Source of the DNA: a virus
Lineage: Duplodnaviria > Caudoviricetes
Virus record (IMG/VR): IMGVR_UViG_3300017903_003401
Span: 1-62,428 of that record
Strand: one strand, 5' to 3'
Length of the DNA: 62,428 bases
The translations under genes were made by a program, and so were the position numbers. Positions 18,225 through 25,888 of this stretch are shown here, one piece after another (position 1 is the first letter of the stretch; the number at the start of each line of letters is the position of its first letter). The notes under the pieces were generated by a model, which worked only from the letters and a program-made list of their open reading frames with translations, was not told the DNA's origin and searched no databases.

Positions 18225-18505
18225 TGAACTACACTCTCGGACAACTTCAAGATCGTATCACTAAGATGATCGAACTGCAAGGTGAAGATGCACATTGTGC
18301 GGCATGGATTTACACTAAGGAGGATGTTCCTGCAGTCGTGACAAAAGAGGGAGATGAGTTATTTCCTTGTGACGAACATCCTGAACTTGCTGAAAGAATT
18401 TTCAACGATGTTGGCAACAATGATTACATCTATCAGGTGATTCAAGAATGTGTAGATGAATTTGCGGAAGAACAGTTTATGTTACTTCAGCAAGAATTGG
18501 TCTGA
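18224..18505 (+). CDS. Hypothetical protein
   Basis: Ends just before repeat copy 7. Confidence 0.75.
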   Translation: MNYTLGQLQDRITKMIELQGEDAHCAAWIYTKEDVPAVVTKEGDELFPCDEHPELAERIFNDVGNNDYIYQVIQECVDEFAEEQFMLLQQELV

Positions 18506-18557
18506 CACAAAGTTACTCACCTCGAAATGTCCCCTATAGTGTAATCGTTCAACCCTG

Positions 18558-18719
18558 ATGACTTATCCACTTGGCATCGACAATCCTATCAAGGTCAAAG
18601 GTGTTATGGGCTCACATAAGTGGGCATTGTATTGGAAAGATGACATGACAAAAATTGCAACATTTCCGAATGAATTTGTGGCAATGGAGTGTCGTCGTTC
18701 AATTATTGAGTCTCTTTGA
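18558..18719 (+). CDS. Small hypothetical protein (MTYPLGIDNPIKVKG..., 53 aa), not in the ORF track
   Basis: ATG 15 nt after the TAGTGT box of repeat copy 7. Confidence 0.65.
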   Translation: MTYPLGIDNPIKVKGVMGSHKWALYWKDDMTKIATFPNEFVAMECRRSIIESL

Positions 18720-18907
18720 TGATTACTAGAACTGCAACTTATCAAATTGAGGTAACAACTGACGAGGGTTCATTGTCAGTTATGAGGGTTATGCCCACTC
18801 GACCCAAAACACCTAAGGGTATCAAATCCCAAAACAATAAGTTAGAAAAGTGGGCCATGAATCAGTATCCTAATTGGACTGAAATCAACATCAAACTTAT
18901 GGACTGA
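18716..18907 (+). CDS. Hypothetical protein
   Basis: Coupled ORF. Confidence 0.65.
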   Translation: MMITRTATYQIEVTTDEGSLSVMRVMPTRPKTPKGIKSQNNKLEKWAMNQYPNWTEINIKLMD

Positions 18908-19074
18908 TGATTACATCAAAGAAAAAAATGATTGACATTATGTCAAAGTGTGAGGGTGCTGATACTCTCACAAGAGAGGAAAAGTTTCAAGTATTCTGCC
19001 GAGTATGTGATAACATGCTCAAAGAAGGTAGAATGACAAAGGTAACACACAAACGATTTACAGAGATTTGGTGA
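18907..19074 (+). CDS. Small hypothetical protein (MITSKKKMIDIM..., 55 aa), not in the ORF track
   Basis: TGATG coupling; read manually. Confidence 0.6.
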   Translation: MITSKKKMIDIMSKCEGADTLTREEKFQVFCRVCDNMLKEGRMTKVTHKRFTEIW

Positions 19075-19138
19075 TGTTCACCTAGAAAGTTGTTTTATAC
19101 AACAAAAGAGCCTAATTTACTTCAAACAATTCTACATT

Positions 19139-19354
19139 ATGAAACTCGAACTCGAACTTCAACTTCAAATCCAAAGACTCAGTGAGGCAATCACTGTGTG
19201 TAATGAATCTCCGCAAGATCCATCGCAAGGTTATGCCTATGCAACTGGATATTCAAGGTCTGCGATGAATGGTGTGATGGAAGATCTTATCAAAGTTCTG
19301 GAAGGATTAGAGAGTGACAAAGTTACTCACCTCGAAATGTCCACTATAGTGTAA
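19139..19354 (+). CDS. Hypothetical protein, paralogue of 16060-16266; reads through repeat copy 8
   Basis: GYAYATGYSRSAM motif. Confidence 0.65.
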   Translation: MKLELELQLQIQRLSEAITVCNESPQDPSQGYAYATGYSRSAMNGVMEDLIKVLEGLESDKVTHLEMSTIV

Positions 19355-19366
19355 GAAACGATCATC

Positions 19367-19528
19367 ATGACACTCACTGAAAAGAATCGACAACAATACG
19401 ATCTCCGCCAGGAGATGTATAAGGCTCAACAGAAAGTTGAGTTCTGCAAACAACGTATTGCACAACTTCAAAGAGAATATGAAATGCAATTTGAGCCACC
19501 AATGTTTGATCAAATGTTCGGAGGTTGA
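19367..19528 (+). CDS. Small coiled-coil hypothetical protein (MTLTEKNRQQY..., 53 aa), not in the ORF track
   Basis: ATG 14 nt after the TAGTGT box of repeat copy 8. Confidence 0.65.
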   Translation: MTLTEKNRQQYDLRQEMYKAQQKVEFCKQRIAQLQREYEMQFEPPMFDQMFGG

Positions 19529-19732
19529 ATGAAAAAAATCACTTACGACATTCCTTACACTATGATGATCAATTCTGACCTTGAGACTCTCAACAAAAGA
19601 GAACAATTAATGGAGGACATTGATTGTATTATTGAATCAAACTTCGGCGAAGTTGAGTATAAGGACGATGTGATTCGTCAATTATGTGACGCCGTCTGTC
19701 GTAATTTTCCAGTACAAAATACCTCACCTTGA
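19529..19732 (+). CDS. Hypothetical protein; stop codon inside repeat copy 9
   Basis: GGAGG upstream. Confidence 0.65.
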   Translation: MKKITYDIPYTMMINSDLETLNKREQLMEDIDCIIESNFGEVEYKDDVIRQLCDAVCRNFPVQNTSP

Positions 19733-19768
19733 AATGTCCATTATAGTGTAACCCTTTGATTCTTCCTT

Positions 19769-20077
19769 ATGTTTTTCACTTTTGCTCAATCCAATCCTGA
19801 GTTCTCAGGTGCATATATTGCAATTGCAGATGATGACATCTCTACAGTCAAGTTGTTTGACTGTAAGACTGAAATGTATGGATGGATTAAAGATATGTTG
19901 GAGATCAAAGGATATGGTAAAGTGACATCAACTGTGATGGGGAATGATGGATCTGTTGATAAGAGATTAAATCATAAGTCCGCAATTTATGAGATTGATG
20001 AGGATATGTGTTACAAGTGGGGTCCAGTGGAGCCTGAAATTTCCACCAACATTCGTGTCACTTATCAGGAGATTTGA
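19769..20077 (+). CDS. Hypothetical protein
   Basis: ATG 19 nt after the TAGTGT box of repeat copy 9. Confidence 0.7.
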   Translation: MFFTFAQSNPEFSGAYIAIADDDISTVKLFDCKTEMYGWIKDMLEIKGYGKVTSTVMGNDGSVDKRLNHKSAIYEIDEDMCYKWGPVEPEISTNIRVTYQEI

Positions 20078-20409
20078 TCATGCCCAGATTTGAAGCACAG
20101 ATTTGGCTGCCGAATGAACATCCTTATCAGGTTGAAACTTCTGCAGCAAATATTTTTGCAGCAAAAGAAATCATCGCTCGTAGAGAAGGTGTTGATGAAA
20201 AGTATGTCAATCGAATATTTCTCATCAATGAGAGTGAAAGTGAATCAAGTTCACAAAATGAATCAGGAGGAAGTATCGATTCTGGTGGACTTATAGGGCT
20301 TATATTAATCATATGTGGTGGAATGATTTTAATCAACTTCTGGCCAATTATTCTTGGATTGAGTATTCTTGGATTGATCATTTGGATTATCAAGGTATTC
20401 AATGAATAA
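20074..20409 (+). CDS. Membrane protein with two C-terminal hydrophobic helices
   Basis: GLIGLILIICGGMILINFWPIILGLSILGLIIWII. Confidence 0.7.
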   Translation: MIMPRFEAQIWLPNEHPYQVETSAANIFAAKEIIARREGVDEKYVNRIFLINESESESSSQNESGGSIDSGGLIGLILIICGGMILINFWPIILGLSILGLIIWIIKVFNE

Positions 20410-20611
20410 GTTAAATTCAGGAGATGAAGTTGAATTTATCGGTGCAATTCCACAACAAGTGATGTGGTCTAGTACAGATTATCCATCGCATTTAATCATT
20501 GGAAGACGATACATTGTGAAGGAAGTGTTTACCTATCCATGGTATACCAAGGTCACAATTCTCAACAAATCAGGTACATTCAATTCAATTCATTTCAAGA
20601 AAGTAGGCTGA
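20402..20611 (+). CDS. Hypothetical protein
   Basis: Coupled ORF ending before repeat copy 10. Confidence 0.7.
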   Translation: MNKLNSGDEVEFIGAIPQQVMWSSTDYPSHLIIGRRYIVKEVFTYPWYTKVTILNKSGTFNSIHFKKVG

Positions 20612-20676
20612 AAATTGACTCTCTACAAAGTTACTCACCTTGAAATGTCCACTCTAGTGTAAGACGCTTCCACATC

Positions 20677-21006
20677 ATGCGAAAGATCGAAAGTCAAATG
20701 ATCAATGCCATTCAGAACGGTATTGATTGGAAATCTGCAAACACTGAGGTAGTTTCTCAACAAGATGGGGTCTCTTATGTGTATCTCCACGGTAACAAGA
20801 TTGCAGAAGTTGGTGATGATTTCCTGAGACTTTATGACGGTGGTTATCAATCAAACACCACGAAGTCTCGTCTGAATGCCATACTTGAAGCATGTGGTGA
20901 AGTTGGTGATAAAGTGTTCGCAAAGAATTTTGAATGGTTTGTTACAATGAACACTGTTCAAGGTTTATCAACAGTTCCATTCTTTAATTCGATGCGACTT
21001 GGATGA
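20677..21006 (+). CDS. Hypothetical phage protein (MRKIESQM...TTKSRLNA)
   Basis: ATG 16 nt after the TAGTGT box of repeat copy 10. Confidence 0.75.
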   Translation: MRKIESQMINAIQNGIDWKSANTEVVSQQDGVSYVYLHGNKIAEVGDDFLRLYDGGYQSNTTKSRLNAILEACGEVGDKVFAKNFEWFVTMNTVQGLSTVPFFNSMRLG

Positions 21007-21054
21007 TTATCCTCATCGTTTATCTTTTATTCATTACACTTGTTATTCTGACCA

Positions 21055-21255
21055 ATGATGATCACAACCGAACGCCTTGACCAACTGAAAGATGATTATG
21101 CATGGATGATTGTTGATGATATGGATTTGAAGACTTTATGTCAAATCGCTGCAAATGCAATCGCGGATAACATCAAGGATTATGATTATGATGATTTGAG
21201 AGAAGAAATCATTGATTGTTATGGTGAAGAAACCTGGACAGATATGGAATCATAA
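21055..21255 (+). CDS. Hypothetical acidic protein
   Basis: Stop codon abuts repeat copy 11. Confidence 0.7.
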   Translation: MMITTERLDQLKDDYAWMIVDDMDLKTLCQIAANAIADNIKDYDYDDLREEIIDCYGEETWTDMES

Positions 21256-21303
21256 AATACCTCACCTTCAAATGTCCTCTATAGTGTCACCACGCAATCA
21301 AAC

Positions 21304-21501
21304 ATGATGAAAAAGTTTTATCAACTGTCACACATTGAATTTGATTTTGATGGTGAGGATCTTTCTGAAGAAGTCAAGGATTGTATCACTTATGAGGCAA
21401 AAGAGACTCTTTGGGATTCACCAACTGAGGAGCAATTAGTTGATATGATCGCAGATAATGTTGGCTATTGTGTTAAGTCTTTATCTTACGATTTGGTCTA
21501 A
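21304..21501 (+). CDS. Hypothetical acidic protein (single-gene cassette between copies 11 and 12)
   Basis: Fills the inter-repeat space. Confidence 0.75.
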   Translation: MMKKFYQLSHIEFDFDGEDLSEEVKDCITYEAKETLWDSPTEEQLVDMIADNVGYCVKSLSYDLV

Positions 21502-21555
21502 CAGAATCACTCACCTTCAAATGTCCACTCTAGTGTCACCACGCAATCAAACATT

Positions 21556-21807
21556 ATGATCACTCTTTCCTTCGACATTCAAGCTCCAAATTATCTTCAG
21601 CTCATTGATGAGCTCATCACTGAATCAAACATCAATCGTAAGGATCTGCTCAATGTTAAAGTTATCCTTCGGCATGATCATCCTTATGATGAGTTCCAAT
21701 TGACTGTTGCTAATCAACAATCAGCTATTCAGTTGGTATCAACGTATGATGGTATCAAACCCACATGTGTGACACCTGAAGACATCGAAACTCATCAAGT
21801 TGTCTGA
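21556..21807 (+). CDS. Hypothetical protein (single-gene cassette)
   Basis: Lies between copy 12 and the half copy at 21812. Confidence 0.7.
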   Translation: MITLSFDIQAPNYLQLIDELITESNINRKDLLNVKVILRHDHPYDEFQLTVANQQSAIQLVSTYDGIKPTCVTPEDIETHQVV

Positions 21808-21898
21808 GTACAAAATACCTCACCTCCACTGAATTATTCTTGACAGAATAACTCACCTTCAAATGTCCTCTATAGTGTACCCAATCAATTCAACCATC

Positions 21899-22144
21899 AT
21901 GACTTCCACTTACCAAACTCAAACCACTGACACCACTTATAACGGTTGGACGAATTATGAGACCTGGAATGTAGCTCTCTGGATTGGTAATGATGAGGGT
22001 CTTTATCACATGGCTCGTCGTTGTTATTCTTATCAGGATTTTCTTGATCGTTATGATGATGATTCCGAAACACCTGATGGCGTAAAGTTCAATGATTCAA
22101 ACATTAATCATGTTGAGATGGATGAAATGTTTGATGAACTTTGA
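21899..22144 (+). CDS. Hypothetical phage protein (YNGWTNYETWNVALW)
   Basis: ATG 20 nt after the TAGTGT box of repeat copy 13. Confidence 0.75.
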   Translation: MTSTYQTQTTDTTYNGWTNYETWNVALWIGNDEGLYHMARRCYSYQDFLDRYDDDSETPDGVKFNDSNINHVEMDEMFDEL

Positions 22145-22199
22145 TGTATTATAACTCAAAAACACGTCCATTCTATCTTTTTGCATTCTTTATTGAATT

Positions 22200-22463
22200 A
22201 TGACTCTTTCTCACTTTGATACAAATCTTTCCAAAATTAAACCAAAGTTTAGAACAACAGGCAACATCTCAGGTAACTTCGGAAAGGCTAAAGTGAAAGC
22301 CGGTAGTTCACTCAATGAGATCGGAGTTTCAACAAAAGAAACAATTCACGTCACTAAACGTAGTGATTACATTGACAGAATGATTTCTCTGTTTTATAAT
22401 ACTGAAGACACAAAGATGAGACATTTCGCTTATACTGAACTTCATCGATTACATGCCATCTGA
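22200..22463 (+). CDS. Hypothetical protein
   Basis: ATG ORF. Confidence 0.7.
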   Translation: MTLSHFDTNLSKIKPKFRTTGNISGNFGKAKVKAGSSLNEIGVSTKETIHVTKRSDYIDRMISLFYNTEDTKMRHFAYTELHRLHAI

Positions 22464-22555
22464 TTCTTCAAATTGACCCCCAAATTTCTTCTAGTATGAT
22501 TCTCACATTCAGTCACCCAACTGTCATTCTCGAAGAAAAGATTTACAACACTCAA

Positions 22556-22798
22556 ATGAAAACAGAAACACTCACTTTCCGTGAAGCACTTGTCATTCTT
22601 GAAGATCAATATGATTCCACTTATCGCGGTGTTAAAACTGTACGCGAAATGTGTTCAGATCTGACAGATGCGATGTATTGGGATAAGGAAGATCCTAACA
22701 CAATCTATCATCAATTCGAGACTCAAGAAGGTCCGAATCGTATTGTTAAAGATGATCAAATCATCGCTCTTGCTCTTCACTATGTTCCTACAAAATGA
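22556..22798 (+). CDS. Hypothetical protein, paralogue of 23585-23794
   Basis: Internal ATG preferred because TTGACC-16 nt-TATGAT (22473-22500) covers the first ATG. Confidence 0.65.
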   Translation: MKTETLTFREALVILEDQYDSTYRGVKTVREMCSDLTDAMYWDKEDPNTIYHQFETQEGPNRIVKDDQIIALALHYVPTK

Positions 22799-22807
22799 TC
22801 TTTACCA

Positions 22808-23164
22808 ATGCAACAAGTTTATTTGCTCAAAGATCATGACATGAACTTGTTCAAGATTGGTCTGCGTAGTATTGGCTCACCTCGTTTTCTGAAAGAGTCA
22901 TCATTGATCAAAAATGGTTATGCTACTGATATTCAACAGATCACATGTAGCGAACCAGTATCTAAAGAAGTTGCAAAGTCATTAGAACAGACTCTGCACC
23001 ATATGTTCTCCGATAAGAGAACTGATTACCCCGCAACTACAGTGACAACAACTCTCCCAAATGGTAACACTAAGTCTATTGAACGTTATCCCAACGGCCA
23101 CACCGAATGGTTTAAATTAAACCCCGAAGACATCACTATCATTTCTGAAATCCTGGCCAAATGA
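22808..23164 (+). CDS. GIY-YIG-related T5orf172/MUG113-like domain protein
   Basis: VYLLKD...FKIG...LEQTLHHMF...R...TEWFKL. Confidence 0.65.
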   Translation: MQQVYLLKDHDMNLFKIGLRSIGSPRFLKESSLIKNGYATDIQQITCSEPVSKEVAKSLEQTLHHMFSDKRTDYPATTVTTTLPNGNTKSIERYPNGHTEWFKLNPEDITIISEILAK

Positions 23165-23552
23165 CCAACACAATCAATTGTAAGTATGAGGTCTATCTGT
23201 AAACAAGAGGAGTCAATTATCGACCCCAAAAAACACCATAAATAACATGTTTTGCATTAAAAAACGTTTATAAATGTATTAATAAATGTATTTGAGTGTT
23301 TTATAGTTTTCCACAATATGTGTGGAAAAGTAGAGTTAATGTGTGGAAAAGTATCACAAATACCTTGTAAATGTCTGATTATATCCTCACAAATACCTTG
23401 TAAAGCCTTCGAGTTATTGTGATCTAAGGCCGTAGTCTATCAGGCTTTTCTGATACTGTCAACCCCCAATCCGTGTCAAATCAGTGTTACTTATGAGTCA
23501 CCAATCTCACAAATCTCAGAAACACATAAGAAACACATATAAGGGCCCCTAC
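23165..23552. other. Non-coding region with an AT-rich tract, three TTTTCCACA (DnaA-box) sites and direct repeats; candidate origin
   Basis: TTTTCCACA at 23307-23315 (+), 23321-23329 (-) and 23342-23350 (-); repeats of 11, 15 and 18 bp. Confidence 0.5.
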
Positions 23553-23584
23553 AAAGTTACTCACCTCGAAATGTCCACTATGGT

Positions 23585-23794
23585 ATGAATAAAACACAAG
23601 CTCTCTCAGTTCTCTCCAATCACTACAACGCCGAGTATCTTGGCACTTATGTGATTCCTGCATGTTCAGGTAATCTCATCGAAGATATTATGAATGAGGA
23701 CATCATTGGCGAAACATTTCACCAATGGAACACAACACCAAAAATGATGGTGAATGACAATGATGTAATTGCCCTTGCAAAACATTATGTTTGA
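23585..23794 (+). CDS. Hypothetical protein, paralogue of 22556-22798
   Basis: TFHQW...MVNDNDVIALAKHYV versus IYHQF...IVKDDQIIALALHYV. Confidence 0.65.
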   Translation: MNKTQALSVLSNHYNAEYLGTYVIPACSGNLIEDIMNEDIIGETFHQWNTTPKMMVNDNDVIALAKHYV

Positions 23795-23859
23795 TCTCTG
23801 AGTTTATAACACTCTGAGACACGGCTTAAGCCACTCTAGAACAGTCCTTTTCTCCTTTG

Positions 23860-23979
23860 ATGATGAATTCCTACCAACAACTGCTAAAGTCCATTGAAGA
23901 GGTCAAATCTACTGGTAAGAAAGTTACAGTCACTGTGTTGCCTTCTCAAGTGAACCGCAAACGTAAATCACTGCTCTGA
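23860..23979 (+). CDS. Small basic hypothetical protein (39 aa), not in the ORF track
   Basis: MMNSYQQLLKSIEEVKSTGKKVTVTVLPSQVNRKRKSLL, read manually. Confidence 0.5.
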   Translation: MMNSYQQLLKSIEEVKSTGKKVTVTVLPSQVNRKRKSLL

Positions 23980-24279
23980 GACAGTCATTCAGACCCGTTG
24001 AATAAGCACTAAAAAAACGGGGCTTACTCCGCATCTTTTTTAATTCTGTTGTCTGCTATTTGTCTCTCCTATGTGTGTTTAACTGTTGTGTTTGTGAGTG
24101 ATAGTCTGACCCTTATTCCTTCACCTGGTAAACAGTCTGTTAGGGGGTTCAGTGTTAGAAACTCACAAGACAGTCAGTGACACTAACGGAACAAATAACA
24201 GGTTTATTTATAACACTTACTGTATGACCTGAACATGTCACTAAACTGTTCAATGTTCACCTCTATCTCACTCAAACAT

Positions 24280-24429
24280 ATGTCCCGCGAAATCATGATC
24301 TCTCTGCTCCGTAGGGGTAACACTGGAGCACAAATCCTTGAGATTCTTGATAGTATTGTAGCTGACACTGATAACACTGAACCAGCTACATTCAACAGTG
24401 AGCCAACACTCCACGAGCTTGAGTTCTGA
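24280..24429 (+). CDS. Small hypothetical protein (MSREIMISLLRRGNTGAQILEILD...)
   Basis: Internal ATG of ORF 24235-24429; co-oriented with its neighbours. Confidence 0.6.
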   Translation: MSREIMISLLRRGNTGAQILEILDSIVADTDNTEPATFNSEPTLHELEF

Positions 24430-24430
24430 T

Positions 24431-24506
24431 CACTTAGTGAGGCCACAGTGATTGACACTTAGTGGCCTCACAGTTCTTGACACTTAGTGGGGCTAAATGT
24501 TATAAT
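24431..24506 (+). promoter_or_regulatory. sigma70-like promoter with three CACTTAGTG operator-like sites and a hairpin
   Basis: TTGACA(24477)-18 nt-TATAAT(24501), with TG extended -10; CACTTAGTG at 24431, 24456 and 24481; inverted repeat TGAGGCCAC/GTGGCCTCA. Confidence 0.65.
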
Positions 24507-24752
24507 TACAGTATTATCGAAATCGACAGTATTTCGGGGGTTTTGTGATGTCCGCGCGGCGGGCAAAGCGGTTATAAGGTTATAAGGTATTTGGATAATA
24601 AGGTATTCGAGAATATGCCCCCCTTAAAGAAAATGCGGCTTTCCTAACCTACAAAGGTGACAATCCGGCCTTATATTATTGCGTCTTAAAAAAATCCCGT
24701 GGGAAAAAAATTTCTCTCCGAGGGCCGATATATAAAAAAACTCCGTGATAAA

Positions 24753-24920
24753 ATGAGTGTATCTAAGGTTTATCGAATATTTTTAAAGGGGAAGTGTGTA
24801 TTAGAGGATAATCGTGAGGAAGTATTCCGAGAGAATTGGAAGACATTGAATAATCTGGTCGGCCTTGTAAGGACTGACTATGTGTCTGAGGATCTCTCAT
24901 ATGAGATAGTATCAGAGTAA
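24753..24920 (+). CDS. Hypothetical protein (MSVSKVYRIFLKG...)
   Basis: Internal ATG of ORF 24699-24920. Confidence 0.6.
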   Translation: MSVSKVYRIFLKGKCVLEDNREEVFRENWKTLNNLVGLVRTDYVSEDLSYEIVSE

Positions 24921-24949
24921 TTGACAGTGTTATACATACTTGGTATAAT
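24921..24949 (+). promoter_or_regulatory. Consensus sigma70 promoter
   Basis: TTGACA-17 nt-TATAAT, with TG extended -10. Confidence 0.85.
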
Positions 24950-24978
24950 AAAGATTGAAATGGAGTGATTTCAAATTC

Positions 24979-25764
24979 ATGGCAAAAGGATTTACAGTGA
25001 AGGCAGCAACACCGAAGACTGCTAAGAAAGAGAAAAAGGAAGAGTGGGATTATCAAGCAATTAAGGAAAGGATGAGAGGGAAGGCAATTGTATTTTGTCT
25101 TCCAGGGCGTGGATGTAGTTATGCATTTCTGAAAAATTTTGTACAATTATGTTTTGATCTTGTACAAAACCAGATGAGTATTCAGATTAGTCAAGATTAC
25201 TCAAGCATGGTGAATTTCGCACGTTGTAAGTGTCTCGGCGCAAATGTATTGAGAGGGCCTGACCAAATTCCATGGGACGGGAAGCTCAAGTATGATTATC
25301 AGTTATGGATTGATAGTGACATTATTTTCAGCACTGAGAAATTCTGGCAGCTTTGTGACATGGCCGTAAACTCTGAGGGCGAGGAGAAGGAGATTGTTGC
25401 TGGATGGTATTCAACTGAGGATGGGCGCACAACCTCTGTTGCTCATTGGTTAGAGGAGGATGACTTCAGGAATAATGGTGGAGTGATGAATCATGAGATG
25501 GTTGATGGTATTAGTAAGCGTAAGAAGCCTTTTACTGTTGACTATACAGGATTTGGATGGGTGATGATTCAACGTGGTGTCTTTGAGAATGAGAAGATGA
25601 AGTATCCATGGTTTGCACCAAAGATGCAAGTTTTTGAAAGTGGTGCTGTTCAAGATATGTGTGGAGAGGATGTATCATTCTGTTTGGATGCTATTGAAGC
25701 CGGATATGATATCTGGTGTGATCCACGAATTCGAGTAGGACATGAAAAGACAAGGGTCATCTGA
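24979..25764 (+). CDS. GT-A-fold glycosyltransferase-like protein
   Basis: LWIDSD (DxD), TGFGWVMI, GEDVSFC, VGHEK motifs; GGAG upstream of the ATG at 24979. Confidence 0.7.
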   Translation: MAKGFTVKAATPKTAKKEKKEEWDYQAIKERMRGKAIVFCLPGRGCSYAFLKNFVQLCFDLVQNQMSIQISQDYSSMVNFARCKCLGANVLRGPDQIPWDGKLKYDYQLWIDSDIIFSTEKFWQLCDMAVNSEGEEKEIVAGWYSTEDGRTTSVAHWLEEDDFRNNGGVMNHEMVDGISKRKKPFTVDYTGFGWVMIQRGVFENEKMKYPWFAPKMQVFESGAVQDMCGEDVSFCLDAIEAGYDIWCDPRIRVGHEKTRVI

Positions 25765-25888
25765 TTATCATCCAGTTTGTAATGAATGTGGTGGTAAAGG
25801 ATGTAAGAAGTGTCATAAGGGTTGGGAATGTCTCGGCCCTGGATGTAAGAAGTGTATAATATTTGGTAAGATAGAAGAAAGGAGTTGA
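25742..25888 (+). CDS. Small Cys-rich putative zinc-finger protein (48 aa), not in the ORF track
   Basis: CNECGGKGCKKCHKGWECLGPGCKKC; duplicated ggatgtaagaagtgt. Confidence 0.5.
   Translation: MKRQGSSDYHPVCNECGGKGCKKCHKGWECLGPGCKKCIIFGKIEERS

Larger units (their letters stand above)
12452..23587 (+). repeat. Dispersed 35-bp direct-repeat family, consensus AAAGTTACTCACCTYNAAATGTCCHCTATAGTGTA
   Basis: Copies start at 12452, 14520, 15940, 16265, 17002, 18018, 18509, 19319, 19716, 20627, 21254, 21503, 21845 and 23553; half copy at 21812. CTCACCT and AAATGTCC are invariant in all 14 full copies. Confidence 0.95.

Noticed and set aside
19075-19100. Degenerate repeat-like sequence gttcacctagaaagttg
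   Set aside because: Only TCACCT..AAA matches, with no TGTCC or TATAGT; too weak to count as a copy.
12452-23587. CRISPR array interpretation of the 35-bp repeats
   Set aside because: Inter-repeat distances are 249-2068 nt, irregular and filled with intact genes; no cas genes are visible.
12452-23587. Classical integron (attC sites)
   Set aside because: The repeats lack the long imperfect inverted structure with RYYYAAC/GTTRRRY ends, and no IntI-like tyrosine recombinase is in the window.
24204-24458. 84-aa minus-strand ORF
   Set aside because: Overlaps the more plausible co-oriented plus-strand ORF and the promoter repeats.
23165-24750. tRNA genes in the non-coding gaps
   Set aside because: No cloverleaf with a GTTCRA T-loop recognised by eye; tRNAscan-SE would settle it.
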